A stretch of 64,000 nt of DNA, taken from NCBI GenBank assembly GCA_947453415.1, contig CANGGG010000001.1, positions 29,504 to 93,503 of the forward strand, in the 5' to 3' direction. Below, in pieces: positions 57,035 through 64,000 of the stretch. The DNA comes from Bacteroidota bacterium (lineage in GTDB: Bacteria; Bacteroidota; Bacteroidia; UKL13-3). The notes under the pieces were generated by a model that was not told the DNA's origin, ran no database searches, and was given only the letters and a program-made list of their open reading frames with translations. A program made the translations under genes and the position numbers. How positions within the stretch are numbered: position 1 is the first letter of the stretch; each line of letters starts with the position of its first letter.

Positions 57035-59296
57035 ATGAAAAACAAAATCTTTACTTTTATTCTTTTTATATTTTCGGTTTTATTTTCACAAGCACAAGTG
57101 GAGTTTAAGGGCACTGTTATAGACAGTGAAACCAATGCACCCATAGAAGGAGTAAATGTATTTTTGGTAGAATTAAATTTATTGAAGACAACCAATTTGA
57201 AAGGTGAATTTAGCTTTAGCAATATCACCAAAAGCAACCTGATTATAGAAATAAGTAAGAAGAATTATACATCTGTTTTTATAGATAAAAAACAATTGGA
57301 CATCAAAAATCCGAACGATAATAACATGGAAATTCAATTGGAAAGAAGTCCGATAGAAATAAAAGAAGTTTTATTATTAGGAAAAAATGAAGCGCGAAAA
57401 GAACCAATTAGCCACGAAACCATTAAGCTAGATGAAATGGTAAAAAATGGCAACTTAAATGTATCGGATGCATTGGCACAAATACCCGGGGTTACCGTAA
57501 GCACATACAGCACAGGCATTATGCGCCCTGTAATTAGAGGTTTAAGTGGCAATAGAATTTTAACAGTTTTAGAAGGAACCAGAATAGAAAACCAACAATG
57601 GGATGCGGAACACTCGTTTGGATTAACCCAATACGGAATAGGACAAGTGGAAGTTTTAAAAGGACCCGCATCGTTTTTATACGGCAGTGATGCCATGGGT
57701 GGTGTATTGAGATTTGTAGACGAAAAACCAGCCGCTGTGAATACACTCAGTGCTAATTTAAGTACTGGATTTATGAGCAATACTTTTGGCACAAACTCTG
57801 GCATTTCAATCAAAGGTGCGAAGGAAAAAATTAGTTGGGCATTTGCTGCAGGTATTAACAACCACAGCGATTATTACAATGCCAATTTTGACCGAGTGGC
57901 TAACTCGCGATTTAGGGAAATAACCACCAAATTGAATGTAGATTTTCACCATAAAAAATCATTGACTCAATTGCTTTATTTATTCAATTTGGGTTATTAT
58001 GGAATAGTAGAACCATTTGAAAAAGACACAGCAGGTGGCGAACAAGAAGACCATCCAATGGAATTTGAAACGCCTTATCACACCATGATGCATCAATTGC
58101 TTTCCCTAAAACATACCGCTTTTTTTAACCACTCAAAACTGATTGCAACTTTAAGTTATCAAAACGATAACCGAAAGGAGCTAGAAAAGAATGATACTGA
58201 AGAAAACTCGTACTTAGGTTTGAACTTAAACAATGTTTTTGCTGATGCAAAATATGAGCACAATTTAAATAAAAATATTGCGTTAACCTTTGGCGCTACT
58301 GGAAGTTTAACTAATAATGCTAACCAAGGTTACGGACGAATTATTCCTGATTACACACAAACCGATGCAGGTGTTTATTTATTGAATCAAAACAAATTTT
58401 TCAGCAATAAAGTTCATTTAGACATTGGTTTTCGCTACGACCAACGCAATATAAAAACTGATGCATTTATGCTTGCCGATACCGTTTCTGCTTTAGAAAA
58501 AACCTTCAATAACCTGAGCGGTTCTATTGGTGCAAATATTGAATTACATAAAAATACTTTTTTGTTTGCCAATATTGGCAATGGATTTAGAGCACCCAAT
58601 GCTGCTGAATTAACCAGCAATGGTGTGCGTATGGAAACTCAAAGATTTGAACGCGGAAATGCTAATTTTACCAAAGAAACCAATGTAATGAGTGAATTAG
58701 GTTTAAGTTGGGGAAATAAAAATATGGATTTTTCAGCAACTGTTTTTAGTAATTCCATCGCAGGTTATATCTACATTGTTCCAACCACCGACAGTGCACA
58801 CACCAAACAAATTTACCAATACAAACAAGCCGATGCCAATATCAATGGCATGGAGTTTAAAGCGGTGGTTCATCCAAACAAATGGAATTGGATTGAAATA
58901 CAAAGCGCCGCCTCAATTTTACAAGGCACACAAACCAATGGTCAATCATTGGCTCAAATGCCTCCATATCGTTTAAATCATGCAGTTTTATTTCATAAAA
59001 AAGATTTTTATAATTTCAAAAATGCCTTTGTTAAGATTGGGGTAATAAATGTTTTGTCACAAAACAAAGTAGAAACTAATGAGCTTTCTACACCTGCTTA
59101 TAACTTAATAAACCTAAACTTAGGAGGCGACTTATTGGTTTACAAACAAAATATTCAAGTAACTATTGGTGCGAATAATTTATTGAATGCCACTTACTAC
59201 GACCACCTTTCAGCACAAAGAAAATTTGGTGTTTACAACATAGGCTTAAATGCTTATGTAGCTTTAAAATGGAGCTTTTTGGCCGCTTATAAATAA
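57035..59296 (+). CDS. TonB-dependent receptor with an N-terminal carboxypeptidase-regulatory-like domain
   Basis: The ORF track gives 56954..59296. The ATG at 57035 gives signal peptide MKNKIFTFILFIFSVLFSQAQ. The plug region is ...PGVTVSTYSTGIMRPVIRGLSGNRILTVLEGTRIENQQW. Confidence 0.85.
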   Translation: MKNKIFTFILFIFSVLFSQAQVEFKGTVIDSETNAPIEGVNVFLVELNLLKTTNLKGEFSFSNITKSNLIIEISKKNYTSVFIDKKQLDIKNPNDNNMEIQLERSPIEIKEVLLLGKNEARKEPISHETIKLDEMVKNGNLNVSDALAQIPGVTVSTYSTGIMRPVIRGLSGNRILTVLEGTRIENQQWDAEHSFGLTQYGIGQVEVLKGPASFLYGSDAMGGVLRFVDEKPAAVNTLSANLSTGFMSNTFGTNSGISIKGAKEKISWAFAAGINNHSDYYNANFDRVANSRFREITTKLNVDFHHKKSLTQLLYLFNLGYYGIVEPFEKDTAGGEQEDHPMEFETPYHTMMHQLLSLKHTAFFNHSKLIATLSYQNDNRKELEKNDTEENSYLGLNLNNVFADAKYEHNLNKNIALTFGATGSLTNNANQGYGRIIPDYTQTDAGVYLLNQNKFFSNKVHLDIGFRYDQRNIKTDAFMLADTVSALEKTFNNLSGSIGANIELHKNTFLFANIGNGFRAPNAAELTSNGVRMETQRFERGNANFTKETNVMSELGLSWGNKNMDFSATVFSNSIAGYIYIVPTTDSAHTKQIYQYKQADANINGMEFKAVVHPNKWNWIEIQSAASILQGTQTNGQSLAQMPPYRLNHAVLFHKKDFYNFKNAFVKIGVINVLSQNKVETNELSTPAYNLINLNLGGDLLVYKQNIQVTIGANNLLNATYYDHLSAQRKFGVYNIGLNAYVALKWSFLAAYK

Positions 59297-59353
59297 ATAA
59301 ATTAAAAATATGATTATTGCAAAAATTACATTTTTTCAAACAAGCCAAAATGC

Positions 59354-59361
59354 TATATTTG
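59354..59361 (+). promoter_or_regulatory. Candidate -7 box (TATATTTG) upstream of lpxC-fabZ
   Basis: Exact TAnnTTTG match, 38 nt upstream of the ATG at 59399. Confidence 0.35.
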
Positions 59362-59398
59362 AAACCTAATTTTAATACGACTATTATATTAAGTAATA

Positions 59399-60784
59399 AT
59401 GAAGCAAACAACTATAAAGAGTGCAGTAAGTTTAAGTGGTGTTGGTTTACACACAGGCCAAGAAGTTACCATGACTTTTAACCCAGCACCTGAAAATCAC
59501 GGAATAAAATTTCAAAGAATTGATTTACCCAACAAACCAATTATAGATGCAGATGTTGACAATGTTACTGATTTAAGCAGGGGAACTACTTTAGAGCAAA
59601 ATGGCGGTAAAGTAAATACAGTAGAACATGTAATGGCTTCGTTAGCTGGTTTAGAAATTGACAATTGTTTAATTCACATCAATGCAGACGAAACGCCAAT
59701 CATGGATGGAAGTTCACAGTATTTTATTAAAGCATTAAAAGAAACTGGAATTGTAGATCAAGATGCAGAACGTGAATACTTTACATTGCCTTCAAATATA
59801 TATTACACCGAAGAAGATAGACAAGTTGAAATGATTGCAATGCCATTAGACGATTATCGTTTAACGGTGATGGTTGATTATAACTCTCCTGTTTTGGGTA
59901 GCCAACATGCTTCCATTACTAGTATCAAAGAATTTGAATCAGAAATTTCGTCCTGCAGAACGTTTTGTTTTTTACATGAATTAGAAATGCTTTACAATAA
60001 TAATTTAATTCGTGGTGGCGATTTGAATAATGCCATTGTAATTGTTGATAGAATTATTCAAGATGACGAGTTAGAAAATTTGGCTAAAATGTTTAACAAG
60101 CCAAAAGTAGAAGTAAAGAAAGAAGGTATTTTAAACAACGTAGATTTACGTTTCCATAACGAACCAGCACGACATAAATTATTGGATTTAGTTGGTGATT
60201 TAGCATTGATTGGCGTTCCAATTAAAGCGCAAATTATGGCTGCTCGTCCTGGTCATGCTGCAAATATTGCCTTTGGCAAAAAAATAAAAGCATTAATTAA
60301 AAAAACACGTAGCCAAGTAAATATTCCAAAATACGATCCTAACAAAGTGCCTGTTTATAACACACAGGATATAGCAAAAATGTTGCCTCACCGCAGCCCA
60401 TTTTTGTTTGTAGATAAAGTAATGGAAATGAGTAAAAACCATTTGATAGCTATAAAAAATGTAACTTTTAACGAACCGTTTTTTCCTGGTCATTTCCCAG
60501 AAAACCCAATTATGCCAGGTGTTTTAATTATTGAGGCAATGGCTCAAGCTGGCGGAGTTTTGGTGCTTTCACAAGTTCCAGATCCTGAAAACTACAATAC
60601 CTATTTTATGAAAATAGATAATGCCAAATTCAAAGATAAAGTAGTTCCTGGCGATACATTAATATTTAGATTAGACCTAATAGCTCCGGTAAGACGTGGA
60701 ATTTGTGTAATGAAAGCATCTGCTTTTGTAGGCGATAGATTAGTTTGTGAGGCAGAGTTAATGGCTCAAATTGCAAAAAAATAA
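59399..60784 (+). CDS. lpxC/fabZ: Bifunctional UDP-3-O-acyl-GlcNAc deacetylase / 3-hydroxyacyl-ACP dehydratase (LpxC-FabZ fusion)
   Basis: The N-terminal LpxC fold (GVGLHTGQEVTMTFNPAP..GIKFQRID) is followed by FabZ motifs LPHRSPFLFVD and FFPGHFPENPIMPGVLIIEAMAQ. Confidence 0.95.
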   Translation: MKQTTIKSAVSLSGVGLHTGQEVTMTFNPAPENHGIKFQRIDLPNKPIIDADVDNVTDLSRGTTLEQNGGKVNTVEHVMASLAGLEIDNCLIHINADETPIMDGSSQYFIKALKETGIVDQDAEREYFTLPSNIYYTEEDRQVEMIAMPLDDYRLTVMVDYNSPVLGSQHASITSIKEFESEISSCRTFCFLHELEMLYNNNLIRGGDLNNAIVIVDRIIQDDELENLAKMFNKPKVEVKKEGILNNVDLRFHNEPARHKLLDLVGDLALIGVPIKAQIMAARPGHAANIAFGKKIKALIKKTRSQVNIPKYDPNKVPVYNTQDIAKMLPHRSPFLFVDKVMEMSKNHLIAIKNVTFNEPFFPGHFPENPIMPGVLIIEAMAQAGGVLVLSQVPDPENYNTYFMKIDNAKFKDKVVPGDTLIFRLDLIAPVRRGICVMKASAFVGDRLVCEAELMAQIAKK

Positions 60785-60829
60785 TATTTAATTTTATTAA
60801 TAAAAAAGTTAGAAGCCAAAAGATTTATA

Positions 60830-61615
60830 ATGATATCAAATTTAGCTCAAATAGATACCCGTGCAAAAATAGGCAATAATGTAGTTGTTGGCGCTTTTAC
60901 CACCATTTATGATAATGTGGAAATTGGTGAGGGGGCAGAAATTGGACCTAATGTTACTATTTATCCAGGTGCCCGTATCGGCAAAAATTGCAGAATATTT
61001 CCAGGTGCTGTTATAAGCGCTGTGCCACAAGATTTAAAATTTGTTGGTGAGGAAACTTTTGCAATAATTGGCGACAATACTACCATTAGAGAATGTGTTA
61101 CCATAAATAGAGGTACAAAAGATAAATTTAAAACTGAAGTGGGTAGCAACTGTTTGTTAATGGCATATGTTCATTTAGCTCACGATTGTATAGTTGGAAA
61201 CAATGTAATTATAGCCAATGGCGTTCAATTGGCAGGCCATGTTACTATTGCTGATTTTGCAAGAATTGGTGGACTTTCGGCCATTCATCAGTTTGTAAAA
61301 ATAGGCAGAAATGTAATGATAGAAGGCGGAAGTATGGTTACTAAAGATATTCCACCATTTGTAATTGCAGGTCGTTATCCTGTTAGTTATGAAGGTGTAA
61401 ATTCCGTTGGACTAAAACGAAATGGCTATTCGCAAGATGAAGTAAATACAATTCAAGATACTTATAGGGTAATATTTATTCATAATAATAATGTAAGTAA
61501 AGGCATAGCTCAAGTAGAAGATGCAATAAAACCTTCGCCCTTACGTGACGAAATATTGGAATTTATTCAAACTTCTGAACGCGGTGTAATGAAAGGTTTT
61601 AATAAAGGCAAATAG
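60830..61615 (+). CDS. lpxA: Acyl-ACP--UDP-N-acetylglucosamine O-acyltransferase
   Basis: Left-handed beta-helix hexapeptide repeats and a C-terminal helical domain, positioned immediately after lpxC-fabZ. Confidence 0.9.
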   Translation: MISNLAQIDTRAKIGNNVVVGAFTTIYDNVEIGEGAEIGPNVTIYPGARIGKNCRIFPGAVISAVPQDLKFVGEETFAIIGDNTTIRECVTINRGTKDKFKTEVGSNCLLMAYVHLAHDCIVGNNVIIANGVQLAGHVTIADFARIGGLSAIHQFVKIGRNVMIEGGSMVTKDIPPFVIAGRYPVSYEGVNSVGLKRNGYSQDEVNTIQDTYRVIFIHNNNVSKGIAQVEDAIKPSPLRDEILEFIQTSERGVMKGFNKGK

Positions 61616-61674
61616 AAAGTATGAAGTATGAAGTATGAATTTTTATTTTTTCTTTCAACATTCATACTTTATAA

Positions 61675-63081
61675 TTACTTCGCTTTATTCTTCAGTGAAT
61701 TTACCAAATTAATGTACTTTTCTAAATCTTTGGTGGTGGTAGCTATTCCAACCGAAACCCTTATTGCGCCTCGTATTTGTTTTAAATGAGCAATAAAAGC
61801 TTTATAATCTTCGTCTTTTTTATTAGTAAAATATTTCCCTACTTCATCGTGAGTAATGCAATAATTTATTTCATCAATTCCCGGATTACAAAAACAACCT
61901 GAACGGATAGAAATCATGTTGGCATTGGTTAAATTTTCAAACTCATTTCCTGAATAAATTTTACCATTTATATCAAAGAAATTCATAATAATATTTCCAC
62001 CTCTGTGATCAAATTTTTCAGGACCAAACATTTTCACTATTGGAGTTCCATTGTCGTGTTTTAGTTTAATTAACTCATTATATAATGTTTCAATTAATGC
62101 TTTTACTCGTTTCGAAATTCTTTCTAAACCAATTGATTCAATATAATCTAAACCCATTTTTATAGCGGGAATATCTAAATAATTAATCGTTCCATCTTCA
62201 AAACGTTCGTGGTTATTTTCTAAATAATATATTTCATTTACCACCGAAACAAATGAAACTGTTCCGCCCGCAAACCAAGGTTTTTGTAGCTTTGCAAAAG
62301 AATCTTTTCTAATTAACAAACATCCTAAACCAGTAGGATATCCAAATATTTTATAAAAAGAAGCCGAAACAAAATTTGGCTTAACAAGCGATAAATCTAA
62401 TTGAGTAGTTGGCACATATGCGGCTGCATCCAGCAATACATCAAATCCTTTTTCTTGTGCATAAGCAATCCATTTTTGATTATGTTTAACACCCGAAACG
62501 TTAGACTGTGCGGGGAAAGCTAGTAAATTGTTTTCAGCTGAATTTGCCTCACCAATAGAAGCTACTAATTCTTCTTCATCAATTTCTAAGTTTTGATAAT
62601 GTACAGGTATGTATTTCGATTTTGCTTTTCTACTGTGGCAAAATTCCCTAATACCATTTACCGAATTATGGTTATCGGAAAACAATAAGAATGTGCTTTT
62701 TTCATTAAAAGGAAAACTCTCTCCCAAAATTTTTAAAGCAGCCGAAGCATTGGCAGTAAACACACAATAGTAATCCTTAGCATTAAAAAATTCCAACACT
62801 TTTGCCCTTGCTTCTTCTACTAAATTAGTAGCAAATTTTGATGTTGGATTGGTAGAATGTGGATTTCCAAAAACATTTTTTAATAGCAAATCTTGGTGCT
62901 TTAACACCTGCGATTTTGCATATAAATTTCCTCCGGTATAATCTAAATAGGTATGATTACCTTCATCAATTCGGCCGTACTCAGTTGCTCTTAAATGGTT
63001 AAAAAACTCATCGTCTATAACGCTTAAAGGAGCAATATTGGGTTCAGTTGAATGGAGTATCGTAGTATTCATAGTTGTCAT
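61675..63081 (-). CDS. Class V-fold PLP-dependent enzyme (cysteine desulfurase / Moco-sulfurase N-terminal-domain-like)
   Basis: 468 aa. SFYKIFGYPTGLGCLLIR (PLP-Lys context) and the overall fold-type I layout. Confidence 0.65.
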   Translation of the reverse strand: MTTMNTTILHSTEPNIAPLSVIDDEFFNHLRATEYGRIDEGNHTYLDYTGGNLYAKSQVLKHQDLLLKNVFGNPHSTNPTSKFATNLVEEARAKVLEFFNAKDYYCVFTANASAALKILGESFPFNEKSTFLLFSDNHNSVNGIREFCHSRKAKSKYIPVHYQNLEIDEEELVASIGEANSAENNLLAFPAQSNVSGVKHNQKWIAYAQEKGFDVLLDAAAYVPTTQLDLSLVKPNFVSASFYKIFGYPTGLGCLLIRKDSFAKLQKPWFAGGTVSFVSVVNEIYYLENNHERFEDGTINYLDIPAIKMGLDYIESIGLERISKRVKALIETLYNELIKLKHDNGTPIVKMFGPEKFDHRGGNIIMNFFDINGKIYSGNEFENLTNANMISIRSGCFCNPGIDEINYCITHDEVGKYFTNKKDEDYKAFIAHLKQIRGAIRVSVGIATTTKDLEKYINLVNSLKNKAK

Positions 63082-63136
63082 TTAATAATCTGTCAAAGAT
63101 ATTGTTTTAAATAATTTAGCAAAACTTTGATTAAAA

Positions 63137-63179
63137 GTAAAAAGGTACTTGTAAATTTAATTACAAATACCTTTTTACT
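63137..63179 (-). terminator. Long hairpin after the T9SS cargo gene
   Basis: AGTAAAAAGGTA (63137-63148) pairs with TACCTTTTTACT (63168-63179). Confidence 0.6.
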
Positions 63180-63200
63180 TATTTCTTATTTTAAAAAACA

Positions 63201-64000
63201 TTAGTGTGTTACAATAATCTTCTTTGTAACAGTTTCGTTTTCACTTTGTATTTTTACAAAGTAAATTCCACTTTTAAATTCAGTTGTATTGATTTGTTTT
63301 GAAACCATTCCTTTTAAATTTTCATTTAAAGTAATTCCCAATTGTTTTCCAGATAAATCAAGGATTTCAATTTTAGTAGCAGTTGAATTATTCAATTCAA
63401 AATTGATATTTAAAATATCAGAAACAGGGTTTGGATAAACAATTACTCGATTCAAATTATTGTTTAAATTGGAAACACTTGTTGTACCCGTTTCTTTCAC
63501 TCTTAATGTAGAAAGATGGGTGATATCCCCACCTTTGTGTCCATCTTGGTTTGAATTAAAACCACCATAAAACACCACATCGCCAGTTCCTGCAGCGGGT
63601 GCAATCCAATTAAAATACCACGCCAATGAATCTATGCCATCCACTCCTTTTGCTGTATAAGTTATGTATTTATTGTTACCAACTAATTTAGTCTTCACCG
63701 TATCAATTAATTCTAAAGTTCCTAATAAATTCCCATTGATTGCCTGTGGCGAAATCAAAAAACCAAACCTGTTATGTGGAACTCCATAGCCTATTGCTTC
63801 TATTCTGTAGGTAGCGCCAGGAACATATCCATTTGTAGGAATATTCGATTTTATCCAACCAATTTCGTTGTATGCTTTTCCACCATGACAAGCTGTGCAA
63901 TTTTTCAAAGAATCTCCAGGAGAGCCTGTATAACCAGGTTCTGTGCCATCTTTTTTACCTAAACCTTTTGGTCCAAAAGATTCTAACAAAATGAATCCTG
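63201..64000 (-). CDS. T9SS-sorted secreted protein with a CxxCH motif; the N-terminus lies outside the window
   Basis: The frame stays open to nt 64000 (…GFILLESFGPKG…). NCTACHGG is a CxxCH motif. C-terminal domain VIVYPNPVSDILNINF...GIYFVKI...KKIIVTH. Confidence 0.75.
   Translation of the reverse strand, partial: GFILLESFGPKGLGKKDGTEPGYTGSPGDSLKNCTACHGGKAYNEIGWIKSNIPTNGYVPGATYRIEAIGYGVPHNRFGFLISPQAINGNLLGTLELIDTVKTKLVGNNKYITYTAKGVDGIDSLAWYFNWIAPAAGTGDVVFYGGFNSNQDGHKGGDITHLSTLRVKETGTTSVSNLNNNLNRVIVYPNPVSDILNINFELNNSTATKIEILDLSGKQLGITLNENLKGMVSKQINTTEFKSGIYFVKIQSENETVTKKIIVTH

Noticed and set aside
57334-57861. 175-aa antisense ORF inside the TonB-dependent receptor gene. Similar antisense ORFs lie at 7995..8372 (hrpB), 26992..27366 (ABC ATPase), 40860..41282 (PiT) and 50568..50858 (S41 peptidase), and several lie inside 9555..16511.
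   Set aside because: Each lies wholly within, and antisense to, a gene with strong motif support. None shows a recognisable domain. They are typical shadow ORFs.

Overview
This is a low-GC chromosomal segment from a Bacteroidota bacterium. Three things support that assignment: four proteins end in type-A T9SS C-terminal sorting domains, a PorQ-like gene is present, and lpxC and fabZ are fused. About 50 genes are mostly housekeeping: a partial RNase E/G, a UvrD-type helicase-nuclease, hrpB, cysS, a MacAB-like ABC exporter, lhgO, an MFS transporter, a DnaQ-like exonuclease, two OM-peptidoglycan tether proteins, SpoU, a UbiA prenyltransferase, a desaturase, cmk, a PiT transporter, nrdB/nrdA, an S41 peptidase, an EVE-domain protein, pirin, a TonB-dependent receptor and lpxC-fabZ/lpxA. 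I did not recognise any rRNA, tRNA, CRISPR array, transposase, integrase, phage gene or known defence gene. I see no convincing multi-gene novel system. The unexplained signal lies mostly in non-coding and repeat structure. (1) Several families of short intergenic 'word'/REP-like repeats occur, and one is inserted in frame inside a PIG-L deacetylase gene. (2) A ~160-nt hairpin-rich element with terminal inverted repeats occurs in two diverged, oppositely oriented copies at 23.9 kb and 55.6 kb; one copy has a Bacteroidetes-type promoter at the right distance. (3) Three overlapping tandem paralogs encode small signal-peptide plus two-TM proteins of unknown function. (4) A 2318-aa T9SS cargo protein contains ~563-aa internal duplications, with a ~78-nt tract identical between units. 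(5) A start-less remnant of an OM beta-barrel gene abuts that gene's terminator. All product calls rest on motif recognition by eye; no database search was run.
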